Positions 38,878 to 47,157 of a DNA stretch of 64,000 nucleotides are shown one piece after another. The notes under the pieces were generated by a model. The model did not search any database. It saw only the letters and a list, made by a program, of their open reading frames with translations, and had not been told where the DNA came from. This DNA is from Clostridiales bacterium (GTDB taxonomy: Bacteria > Bacillota > Clostridia > Lachnospirales > JAQSXR01): assembly GCA_029256575.1 (NCBI GenBank), contig JAQSXR010000006.1, forward strand, positions 10,202 through 74,201, read 5' to 3'. Every line of letters starts with the position of its first letter. Within the stretch, counting starts at the first letter, position 1. A program made the translations under genes and the position numbers.

Positions 38878-38930
38878 GACCAAACCAAATGGAAAGTTTC
38901 TTTGTATAAAGCAAATGAAAATTTCATCGT

Positions 38931-39854
38931 TTAAACTTGCTCATCAATGATAATTCCCTTAACATCATCTTCAATTATTATTTCTTTCTGTAATATATAT
39001 TTTAATTCTAGAAGTATCTCATCCTGCTGTTTCGCCAATTTCTGAAATTGATCTGTATTATCAATTTGGTCCTTTTTTTCACCTTGATTTACGCTATTTT
39101 CCTGCTTTTCAAGTTTTTCTTCAGCCTTTTCTTCATTTTTCTCAATTTCTTCATCAACATGTTCCTTCGTTTGTTGAACCAACATTCCTATGATTTCTTT
39201 ATTAGCAGCTTCCATAATCTTAGCTGCTTCTTTCTGTGCATCCGTCATTGGTTGCGTCTTTAACTGAGCTAATTTTATAGAAACAATTGTTCTACTTTCA
39301 TTCGTGATTCCTTGAATTGCACTGTTAGCACGTTCCTTCCAGATATCTTCCATAGAATCAAATTCTAATGCTTTCTTCTGATAATCGGTTAATGGTCCTA
39401 TTTTTATCAATTGTTCTTTTTCATCACTGGTTAATTTCTGTTTAAAATCCATACTTTTTTCAAGTAATTTAAGATTCTTTTGTTCATCACTGTCATCACT
39501 AATTCCATAGGATTCTTTAAGCTTCTCCCGCAAATCCTGAATATTCCTTATTTCTTCTTGAATCGCACCAGCCTTTTCTAATAATTCTTGCTGATGATCG
39601 CGACGTGTCGTAATCCCATCGGCTATCGATTTATCTCTCTTAAATTGCTCTAATATAGTTCGCATTGCCTTCTTCTGTGCATTTACTTTCTTCTTAGCAA
39701 TGTTATCTTGTTGATCCTTCAGGTTTAAATCACCTGCATATATCGTTTTATTTTTTATCTGTTTTCCATTTCCTTCTTTTTGTTTATCTTCTTTCGAAAA
39801 ATAAATACTCTGTGTATTTTGAGATTGTAACATATTACTTGCTAATACTTTCAT
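38931..39854 (-). CDS. Lys/Glu/Gln-rich coiled-coil hypothetical protein
   Basis: Start at ATG 39854, after AGGGGG plus 6 nt. About 307 aa, highly charged, no recognised domain. Confidence 0.4.
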   Translation of the reverse strand: MKVLASNMLQSQNTQSIYFSKEDKQKEGNGKQIKNKTIYAGDLNLKDQQDNIAKKKVNAQKKAMRTILEQFKRDKSIADGITTRRDHQQELLEKAGAIQEEIRNIQDLREKLKESYGISDDSDEQKNLKLLEKSMDFKQKLTSDEKEQLIKIGPLTDYQKKALEFDSMEDIWKERANSAIQGITNESRTIVSIKLAQLKTQPMTDAQKEAAKIMEAANKEIIGMLVQQTKEHVDEEIEKNEEKAEEKLEKQENSVNQGEKKDQIDNTDQFQKLAKQQDEILLELKYILQKEIIIEDDVKGIIIDEQV

Positions 39855-39966
39855 CTGAATCCCCCTTACCATACTATACAATTGTTATCTATATTGTAAT
39901 ATAATAATCTTTTTTATATTTTTTACATGATATATATCGGCATTTATTACCATTTATTTATATGTA

Positions 39967-40052
39967 ATATCAAAGTAATCATTTCTTATTTAATACCAAA
40001 GTAATCACGTCTTATTTAATACCAAAGTAATCTTTTCTTATTAAAACCAAAG
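39967..40052. repeat. Tandem repeat of about 26-28 bp, 3.3 units (accaaagtaatcNNNtcttatttaat)
   Basis: Direct reading of three successive similar units. Confidence 0.7.
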
Positions 40053-40101
40053 AACTTGAGCAAATTGACTAAGAAGAATGACTTAATTTATGTTGTGACA
40101 C

Positions 40102-40128
40102 GAAAAAGTCCGCTATCTACTAGCGAAC
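40102..40128 (-). terminator. Rho-independent terminator of the FAD/Rieske gene
   Basis: Minus strand: GTTCGCTA-GTAGA-TAGCGGAC followed by TTTTT. Confidence 0.5.
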
Positions 40129-40218
40129 TTTCCTGTGGCACTTTGAATTACAATCATTAATTTTGAGTTTGATCTTTATCACTAAGTATTTGATTAATAA
40201 AAGCAGACAATTTCAAAA

Positions 40219-41691
40219 CTATTCTCCTTTTTTCAAATCAACTAAAGCTGGGTTATTAATTAAATTTCCTTCATAATCAAACCTTGATCCATGGCATGGG
40301 CAATCCCAAGATAATTCATCAGGATTCCACTCTAGTTGGCAACCAAGGTGCGTACATGTAGTTGAAACAAAATATGCCTTTCCCGTTCCATCTTTATATA
40401 CACCAACTTTATGCCCTTCATATTCAATGATTGCACCTGTATTATTCGCGACATGTTCAATATCAGAACTCGGAATAACTAATTTCTTTAGCATTAGACT
40501 TGTTACTGTTTCTTTTCCTTGTTCATAAAGATTTTTTGCTGAAGCCGTTACATTAAATCTTTGTGGTGAGAATACATCTGCATTTTCGTTTTCCTTCTCC
40601 GTTATCATATCACTAATAATCATTGCTGATACCATCGAACTTGTCATTCCCCACTTATTAAATCCAGTTGCGACATACATATGTGGTGTTTTTGCAGAGT
40701 ACCTTCCGATATAAGGTATTTCATCTAACCCTGTGCAGTCTTGTGCTGACCAATTATATACTTCTTTTGAATCCGGATAAATTTCTTTAGCAGCTTTTCT
40801 AAGCTTCTCATAACTACTTTCCAAACGTTTTTCGCCTGTCTTATGACCTTCTCCACCAAAAATTACATAATCTTTGTAATTTCTAAAAGAATAACCTTTT
40901 TCAGATTCATCCTTATACATTCCATCTAATAAAGGAACATTTTCAAGAGCTAATACATATGAACGTTTTTGATACATCCTCAAAAAATAATATCCTGGAA
41001 CATTGATAAATGGATAATGTGTTGCAACTACTATATTCCTAGCAGTAATATTTCCATTATCCGTAATAACAACATTATCTTTAACTTCCCTTACCATCGT
41101 ATGCTCATATATATCTAATCGTTTTGAAACAACTGATATAAATTCTAATGGATTAAATTGAGCTTGATTGTTAAACTTAACTGCAGCCTTAACTTTGAAT
41201 GGTAAACTTACAGTTTCCGTATATTCAGCATCTATACCAACGCTAATAGCAGCATTCGTTTCATCTAATATGCTAATTTTGTCTCTTAAAGAGTATACAT
41301 ATGCGGGCATTTCTTCATAATGACAATCAATATTCAATTCATCAATAATATCCTTATATCTTTTGATAGCCGCCACATTTGCTCTTGCATATTGCTTTGC
41401 CTTCTCAAGTCCAATCTCTTTTATTAACCTACTATAAATTAAATTATGCTGTGCTGTTATCTTAGCCGTTGTATTTTTTGTCATACCACTAGCTACTTCA
41501 TTTCCTTCGACGACTACAACCTTAATACCTTTTTCTTGAAGTAAAAAGGCAGTTAATATTCCAGCCATTCCTGCTCCAATTACAACCGTATCTGTTTCAA
41601 TGTCTCTGCTTAATTTTATTCTTTTTTCTATTTGACACTCAGCACTCCATACAGAATTCATCTTCTTCACCTCAGTGCTAGTATCTACCAT
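40219..41691 (-). CDS. FAD-dependent oxidoreductase with C-terminal Rieske 2Fe-2S domain (YhfW-like)
   Basis: 490 aa. N-terminal VVIGAGMAGI dinucleotide fold. C-terminal CTHLGC...CPCHGSRF Rieske motif. Confidence 0.8.
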   Translation of the reverse strand: MVDTSTEVKKMNSVWSAECQIEKRIKLSRDIETDTVVIGAGMAGILTAFLLQEKGIKVVVVEGNEVASGMTKNTTAKITAQHNLIYSRLIKEIGLEKAKQYARANVAAIKRYKDIIDELNIDCHYEEMPAYVYSLRDKISILDETNAAISVGIDAEYTETVSLPFKVKAAVKFNNQAQFNPLEFISVVSKRLDIYEHTMVREVKDNVVITDNGNITARNIVVATHYPFINVPGYYFLRMYQKRSYVLALENVPLLDGMYKDESEKGYSFRNYKDYVIFGGEGHKTGEKRLESSYEKLRKAAKEIYPDSKEVYNWSAQDCTGLDEIPYIGRYSAKTPHMYVATGFNKWGMTSSMVSAMIISDMITEKENENADVFSPQRFNVTASAKNLYEQGKETVTSLMLKKLVIPSSDIEHVANNTGAIIEYEGHKVGVYKDGTGKAYFVSTTCTHLGCQLEWNPDELSWDCPCHGSRFDYEGNLINNPALVDLKKGE

Positions 41692-41712
41692 TTACCTTTT
41701 TACATTCATTTT

Positions 41713-42564
41713 CTATAATTTTTTCATTCTTTTTAAGAGTTCTGGAATACCTGCCTCAAAATTCACACCAAATCTTCTATCGGTTCCAGCTTCTTTCGTT
41801 CTTCTAATACAATTAGTTGTAAAATCCGCTGCAATTTGTAAGCCCTCGTCTATATTAAAACCATTCATTAATGTGCTTAGTAGTATACTACCAAAAATAT
41901 CTCCTGTTCCATGAAAACTGCCTTCTATTTTTTCTGAAAAAGCATAACTAAAACTATCCTTTTTCTTGTCATATGCAGCTGCTCCTAGCCTATCTTCGTC
42001 AAAATATACTCCTGTTAATACTACCATGTTTGGTCCAATGTCCGATAATTTTCTTAAAATGCCTTCAATATAATCTTGTTTATATGGCCCTTCCATATAA
42101 GGTTCATTGATTAACAAACAAGCTTCCGTAATATTAGGAACTATAACATCTGCTTTTTGACATAGCTTTCTCATTCCATTCGGAAAATCTTCTGGGAATG
42201 ACACATATAACTTGCCATCATCTGCCATTACTGGATCAACAAAAACTAAAGTATCGTTTTTCTTGAAGTCATCAAAAATACTTTCCACTATTTCTAGTTG
42301 CTCAAACGAACCAAGATAACCTGTATATATGGCTTCGAACTGGATATCAAGAGACTTCCAATGATCTGCAATAGGTCGAATATCCATCGTTAAATCTCTA
42401 TATGTGAATCCTGGTATCCCACCCGTATGAGTTGACAAAACCGCTGTAGGTATTACACTCACTTCAACTCCTGTTGCTGAAATGATTGGTAAGGCTACTG
42501 TTAATGAACATTTTCCAAAACCTGAAATATCATGTATTGCTGCTACTCTTTTTTGTTTTTCCAC
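41713..42564 (-). CDS. pdxK: Pyridoxal/pyridoxine/pyridoxamine kinase
   Basis: 283 aa. Ribokinase-like fold. The AAIHDISGFGKCSL and GTGDIFGS motifs are typical of PdxK-family kinases. Confidence 0.75.
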   Translation of the reverse strand: MEKQKRVAAIHDISGFGKCSLTVALPIISATGVEVSVIPTAVLSTHTGGIPGFTYRDLTMDIRPIADHWKSLDIQFEAIYTGYLGSFEQLEIVESIFDDFKKNDTLVFVDPVMADDGKLYVSFPEDFPNGMRKLCQKADVIVPNITEACLLINEPYMEGPYKQDYIEGILRKLSDIGPNMVVLTGVYFDEDRLGAAAYDKKKDSFSYAFSEKIEGSFHGTGDIFGSILLSTLMNGFNIDEGLQIAADFTTNCIRRTKEAGTDRRFGVNFEAGIPELLKRMKKL

Positions 42565-42712
42565 ACTAATTCCTCACTCTCAATTTGATATATTAAAATC
42601 TATTATACCCATTTCGGTCAAACATGCATACCCTTTTCATACAAAACTAATAAAGTACGTGCACTTGTTCTTTTGCGAAAATTGTAGTAGAATAGGAACC
42701 TAGTGACTTAAT

Positions 42713-42829
42713 TAGCAAAAAAAGAATGGTAATATGTAACAAGTTAAAATCAGCAAAAGAATGAATGGTAATATGTAACAAGTTAAATTCAGCAAAAGAA
42801 AAAGGATGGTAATATGGAACAATTTAAAG
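42713..42829 (+). repeat. Tandem triplication (about 38 bp) of the MATE gene 5' end (RBS plus start region)
   Basis: Units at 42713-42749, 42750-42788 and 42789-42829. The third unit contains the real RBS and ATG. Units 1 and 2 read ...ggtaatATGTAAcaagttaaa. Confidence 0.8.
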
Positions 42830-44178
42830 AGAATAAAATGGGTGTAATGCCTGTTAATAAGCTACTTGTGACGATGTCTCTCCCTATGGTAATTTCAATG
42901 CTAGTACAAGCATTATATAATATAGTTGATAGTATCTTCGTAGCACAGATAAGTGACAATGCACTTACTGCTGTATCGCTGTCATTTCCTATACAACAAC
43001 TTATGATTGCTGTAGGGGTCGGAACAGGCGTCGGAATAAACGCTATCGTTTCAAGAAAGCTTGGTGAAAAACACTTTGAAGAAGCAAACCTAGCTGCAAC
43101 AAATGGTATTTTCCTTGCTATAATATCTTGGATAGCATTTGCTACCTTTGGTATTTTAGGAGCTGGTGCCTTTATAAGAGCATTTAGTACAAATGCAGAA
43201 GTTATAAAAATGGGGACTGAATATATTTCTATATGCACTATATTCTCATTGGGTATATTTCTTCAGATAACATGTGAAAGACTAATGCAATCAACTGGTA
43301 ATACAATTTATAACATGTTCATTCAAGGAACTGGGGCTATCTTAAATATAATCTTAGACCCAATTCTAATATTTGGATTATTCGGATTTCCAAAGCTAGG
43401 GGTTGCAGGGGCTGCTATTGCTACTGTAATAGGTCAAACTTCTGGTATGGCTCTTGGTATTTTCTTGAACCTTACTAAGAATAAAGAAATAAAATTAAAG
43501 ATTAAAGGTTTCATCCCAAACAAACAAATGATCATACAAATTTATAAAATTGGTATTCCATCCATCATTATGCAATCGATAGGTGCTGTATTAATCTTTG
43601 GACTAAATAAGATTCTAATTACGTTCTCAGAAGTTGGAGTTTCCGTTCTTGGTGTATATTTCAAATTGCAAAGTTTTATATTCATGCCTGTTTTTGGTAT
43701 TACGAATGGACTTATACCAATTATCGCATACAACTATGGTGCCCGTAAAAAGAAGCGAATTATAGATTCAATTAAATTAGCTATTGTATTAGCAACAAGC
43801 ATAATGCTATTGGGTGTTACATTATTTTGGGTTATTCCAGACAAATTACTCTTACTATTTAATGCGAGTGATGAAATGCTCTCAATTGGAGTTCCTGCTC
43901 TTAGAACAATAAGTATAAGTTTTGTATTCGCCGGGACTGCTATTGTTATTTCTTCTGTTTTTCAAGCCCTTGGAAATGGTATGCATAGCTTAGTTATGTC
44001 TGTAATAAGACAATTACTCGTTATATTGCCGGTTGCCTATTTATTATCTAAATTTGTTAGTCGTGATGCACTTTGGTTAGCATTTCCTATAGCAGAAGTA
44101 GTGTCTGCAGTTGCATGTTTCTACCTGTTTAGACACATATATCTCACTAAGATAAAACCATTGGGTGACGTAAAATAA
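42814..44178 (+). CDS. MATE-family efflux transporter
   Basis: 454 aa, 12 predicted TM segments, typical N-terminus (NKLL..MSLPM..SML.Q.LYN.VDS.FV). Confidence 0.85.
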   Translation: MEQFKENKMGVMPVNKLLVTMSLPMVISMLVQALYNIVDSIFVAQISDNALTAVSLSFPIQQLMIAVGVGTGVGINAIVSRKLGEKHFEEANLAATNGIFLAIISWIAFATFGILGAGAFIRAFSTNAEVIKMGTEYISICTIFSLGIFLQITCERLMQSTGNTIYNMFIQGTGAILNIILDPILIFGLFGFPKLGVAGAAIATVIGQTSGMALGIFLNLTKNKEIKLKIKGFIPNKQMIIQIYKIGIPSIIMQSIGAVLIFGLNKILITFSEVGVSVLGVYFKLQSFIFMPVFGITNGLIPIIAYNYGARKKKRIIDSIKLAIVLATSIMLLGVTLFWVIPDKLLLLFNASDEMLSIGVPALRTISISFVFAGTAIVISSVFQALGNGMHSLVMSVIRQLLVILPVAYLLSKFVSRDALWLAFPIAEVVSAVACFYLFRHIYLTKIKPLGDVK

Positions 44179-44234
44179 ATTAAACACGCTTGAAATAAAG
44201 CTTCCTAATATTAAACTTCACAATAAGAGTAGAC

Positions 44235-44278
44235 AAAACCCCTAGATTAGTCTTAACTATTCTAGGGGTTTTATTTTA
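44235..44278 (+). terminator. Rho-independent terminator of the MATE gene
   Basis: aaaacccctaga-(loop)-tctaggggtttt followed by a T-run. Confidence 0.7.
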
Positions 44279-44280
44279 GT

Positions 44281-44379
44281 ATTTATTTGATGTTTATTTG
44301 ATGTTTATTTGATGTTTATTTGATATTTATTTGATATTTATTTGATATTTATTCGATGTTTATTCGATGTTTATTCGAT
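44281..44379. repeat. 11-bp tandem repeat, 9 units (RTTTATTYGAT)
   Basis: Direct reading. Three sub-variants occur in blocks (gtttatttgat, atttatttgat, gtttattcgat). Confidence 0.9.
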
Positions 44380-44420
44380 ATTAATTTAAATTATTTATCT
44401 ATCTATTAGCTTGCTATTAC

Positions 44421-45311
44421 CTATTTACTCTTCATGCGATCTGAATTTTCGATTAAGGTTTTCACATCATCAACATTAAAAATATAGTTTTGATTACAGA
44501 AATGGCAACTCATTTCGATATCTTCACCATCTTCAATAATTTCTTCAAGATCCTTACGTCCAATTGCAGCGAGTGCATTTGATACTCTTTCTTTACTACA
44601 GTTACATTTAAATTCAGCAGGTACAGTATCTAATATCTGATATCCCAAATGGCCAAGTAATTTTTCTAAAATCATTTCAGGTGTATAACCCTCATCCAAA
44701 AGACTTGTAATTGAATTCACAGAATTAAGTGCTTTTTCCAATTCCACTATAACTTCTTCATTAGCCCCAGGCATTAATTGAAAAATAAACCCGCCTGCCT
44801 GTCTAACTGTATTATCTCTATTCATTAGCACCCCTAATGCGACAGCAGATGGAGTTTGTTCCGAAGTTGCAAAGTAATAAGTAATATCTTCTGCTATTTC
44901 ACTCGTCACCAAAATCGTCTGCCCATTGTAAGGAGCTTTTAAACCAATGTCTTTTACAACACTTAATACACCAAGTCCTAATGCCCCAGCAACGTCTAAT
45001 TTCCCCTTGCTATTCGGAGGTAACATAACATCTGGATTATTTGCATAACCTCTAACTTTAACGCTATTATCTGCTGTAACTAATAAGCCTTTTGCTTCAC
45101 CATCACATTGAATTGAAAGTGTTAATATATCCTCTTCGTTTTTTAGCATACATCCCATCATTGCTCCTGCAGTGAGTAAACGTCCTAATGCTGCTGTCAT
45201 AACTGGGCTTGTATTGTGTATCGAGCGAGCTTCTTCAACTAAATCTCTTGAGTTGATTACGAAGGCTCTTATTTGATTGTCTGCTGCTGTTGCTCTTAAT
45301 ATATAATCCAT
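44421..45311 (-). CDS. hslO: Redox-regulated chaperone Hsp33
   Basis: 296 aa. C-terminal zinc centre CNCS...CHFC. Confidence 0.9.
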   Translation of the reverse strand: MDYILRATAADNQIRAFVINSRDLVEEARSIHNTSPVMTAALGRLLTAGAMMGCMLKNEEDILTLSIQCDGEAKGLLVTADNSVKVRGYANNPDVMLPPNSKGKLDVAGALGLGVLSVVKDIGLKAPYNGQTILVTSEIAEDITYYFATSEQTPSAVALGVLMNRDNTVRQAGGFIFQLMPGANEEVIVELEKALNSVNSITSLLDEGYTPEMILEKLLGHLGYQILDTVPAEFKCNCSKERVSNALAAIGRKDLEEIIEDGEDIEMSCHFCNQNYIFNVDDVKTLIENSDRMKSK

Positions 45312-45315
45312 TTTG

Positions 45316-46074
45316 TCACCTATTTTTCCCTTTTTCTCTTGCTATTACATATATACGCTCACTATCCGCCATTGGCGATTGTTTCGTAAATGCATCATAC
45401 GCGATCAAAAATTCTAGACCTGATTTTTCGATTAATTTTTTTATAACCTCTAAAGTATAAGCTTTTTGATAATGAGTTTCTTCATATTTACGATATAAAT
45501 CATCTCCAACTTGAACGAAAATACTTAATTGATACTCATTAATTTCTTCTTCTTCGTAATACATATTATCCCATATAAAACTACATTCTTCCCTGTTTTC
45601 AGCAAAAATATTATCTGCTAAGAGTGTTTCATATTTATATTTATTATTAAAATCAAATATAAATACTCCATTGGGATCCAAATAATTATTAACCAATTTA
45701 AATACTTCAGTTAAATCCTCTTCACTAGTTATATAATTTATACTGTCGCAAACACTTACAACTGCTTTAACTGTGCCATACAATTCAAATTCTCTCATAT
45801 CTTGATTCAGATACAAAATAGAAGATATACTATCTCTTGATTTTTCCTGGGCTATTTCAAGCATGTCCAAAGAATTGTCTAACCCTATCATATCATAACC
45901 TTTTTGAGATAATAGTTGAGTTAAATTCCCAGTTCCGCAACCAAGTTCCAATACCAGACCATCTCTAACATTATAATCAGTAAGTAATTTTGCTATATAA
46001 TCAGTCCATTCTTCATATGGAACATTATCCATAAAAGTGTCATAAACCTGCGCAAAGCTTGTATAAGAATCCAT
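45316..46074 (-). CDS. Class I SAM-dependent methyltransferase
   Basis: Motif I VLELGCGTGN. Start placed at the second Met after AGGAGG. Confidence 0.75.
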   Translation of the reverse strand: MDSYTSFAQVYDTFMDNVPYEEWTDYIAKLLTDYNVRDGLVLELGCGTGNLTQLLSQKGYDMIGLDNSLDMLEIAQEKSRDSISSILYLNQDMREFELYGTVKAVVSVCDSINYITSEEDLTEVFKLVNNYLDPNGVFIFDFNNKYKYETLLADNIFAENREECSFIWDNMYYEEEEINEYQLSIFVQVGDDLYRKYEETHYQKAYTLEVIKKLIEKSGLEFLIAYDAFTKQSPMADSERIYVIAREKGKNR

Positions 46075-46198
46075 CATCGACCTCCTGCTGCAAATATACA
46101 AATACTCTATATCAAAACTTAAATTATATAAAGCAATTGATTAACTAAAAGATATTGTAGCAGATACACAACTATAATTCAAGGAATTCCGATACCTC

Positions 46199-46243
46199 AA
46201 TAAAACACAAGAAAAATCAAATTGATTTTTCTTGTGTTTTATT
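46199..46243. terminator. Perfect 21-bp-stem palindrome (bidirectional terminator candidate)
   Basis: aataaaacacaagaaaaatca-aat-tgatttttcttgtgttttatt. Confidence 0.6.
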
Positions 46244-46286
46244 ACTTATTCGATTATATTACTTATCCCTATTATTCTTAAAACTA

Positions 46287-46354
46287 TCTCTTTTTAATAT
46301 TCCTTATTAATACTCTCTTTTTAATATTCCTTATTAATACTCTCTTTTTAATAC
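46287..46354. repeat. 27-bp tandem repeat, 2.5 units (tctctttttaatattccttattaatac)
   Basis: Direct reading. Two perfect units plus a partial third. Confidence 0.85.
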
Positions 46355-46366
46355 TCACTTTAACAC

Positions 46367-46549
46367 TTATTCTTTCTTTACCTCTTTTTGCCTTTTCGTC
46401 ATCAGCCCTCCAATACGACCACTTTCTTTTGCCGTAAGTGACTTCCAACCACCTCGTTCAACTTTATCCATAAGTCCAAGTTCTTCAGCAATTTCAAACT
46501 TCATTTTCTCTTTCTTAATTTCCTCAGGGGTCTTAATCTTTTCCGCCAT
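46367..46549 (-). CDS. Alpha/beta-type small acid-soluble spore protein (SASP)-like
   Basis: About 60 aa. The KFEIAEELGL...GG...SGRIGGLMTKR pattern matches the alpha/beta SASP signature. ATG 46549 follows AGGAG plus 8 nt. Confidence 0.6.
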   Translation of the reverse strand: MAEKIKTPEEIKKEKMKFEIAEELGLMDKVERGGWKSLTAKESGRIGGLMTKRQKEVKKE

Positions 46550-46580
46550 ATACACCACTCCTTTTTTAATAATACCATTA

Positions 46581-46609
46581 AAGTATGTCCATAATATGGC
46601 AATGTATAC
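46581..46609 (-). promoter_or_regulatory. Forespore (sigma-G/F-like) promoter candidate for the SASP gene
   Basis: Minus strand: GTATA, 17 nt, CATACTT. This resembles the sigma-G consensus (GHATR, 17-18 nt, CATNNTA). Confidence 0.4.
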
Positions 46610-46694
46610 CCCTACCCAATGTTTTTAATCTTTTGTTTTTAATCTTTTTGTTATTAATTTCCCTTTAATTACCCCCCCAAGAAAAACATATAAT

Positions 46695-46826
46695 ATTTTA
46701 TCTTTATGTTTAACATAATGTTTTATCTTTATGTTTTATCTTTATGTTTTATCTTTATGTTTTATCTTTATGTTTTATCTTTATGTTGTATCTTTATGTT
46801 GTATCTTTATGTTGTATCTTTATGTT
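46695..46826. repeat. 13-bp tandem repeat, about 10 units (ttttatctttatg / ttgtatctttatg)
   Basis: The atg of each unit falls at 46718, 46731, 46744, 46757, 46770, 46783, 46796, 46809 and 46822, an exact 13-nt period. Confidence 0.9.
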
Positions 46827-46858
46827 TTCCGTTTTTCTTGGGGCCCCATTATCCAATT

Positions 46859-47108
46859 GTTTGCTTCTCCCAAATAGTACGGTAGCTATTTACAATACAT
46901 TATGAGAAATGCCGTATATCTTATCGAATACAAATCGCGCCAAGTGGTTGGAATGGGGGTGTTTGAGCAAACAGACCAATCTAATATACAGTCCACAAGC
47001 GAGTTCCCCATTCCAACCACTGTTCTAAGCGATTTTTATTCCATTAGATATACGAGCATTTCGAATCCGTATTGCAAATAGCTACCGTACTATTCGGGAG
47101 AAGCAAAC
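46859..47108. repeat. 250-bp imperfect palindrome (two inverted arms of about 100 bp around a 47-nt centre)
   Basis: Arm 46859-46958 pairs with arm 47006-47108. The outer 40 positions are complementary except for two A/C positions. The apical stem is 16 bp and perfect (agtggttggaatgggg / ccccattccaaccact). Confidence 0.85.
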
Positions 47109-47157
47109 CCATCTCCCTTTAATTCCCCCAAGAAAAACGAATGTTTGTCTTTATGTT

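Noticed and set aside
42789-43238. The minus-strand 149-aa ORF.
   Set aside because: It lies antisense within the well-supported MATE transporter gene. Its hydrophobic mirror translation is typical of antisense membrane-protein frames.
46903-47082. A 59-codon plus-strand ORF inside the 250-bp palindrome.
   Set aside because: There is no Shine-Dalgarno sequence. The ORF is a by-product of palindromic symmetry, and it lies opposite to the local transcription direction.
46859-47108. A retron msr/msd interpretation of the long hairpin.
   Set aside because: No reverse transcriptase gene lies anywhere nearby. The flanking genes are a pullulanase and a SASP.
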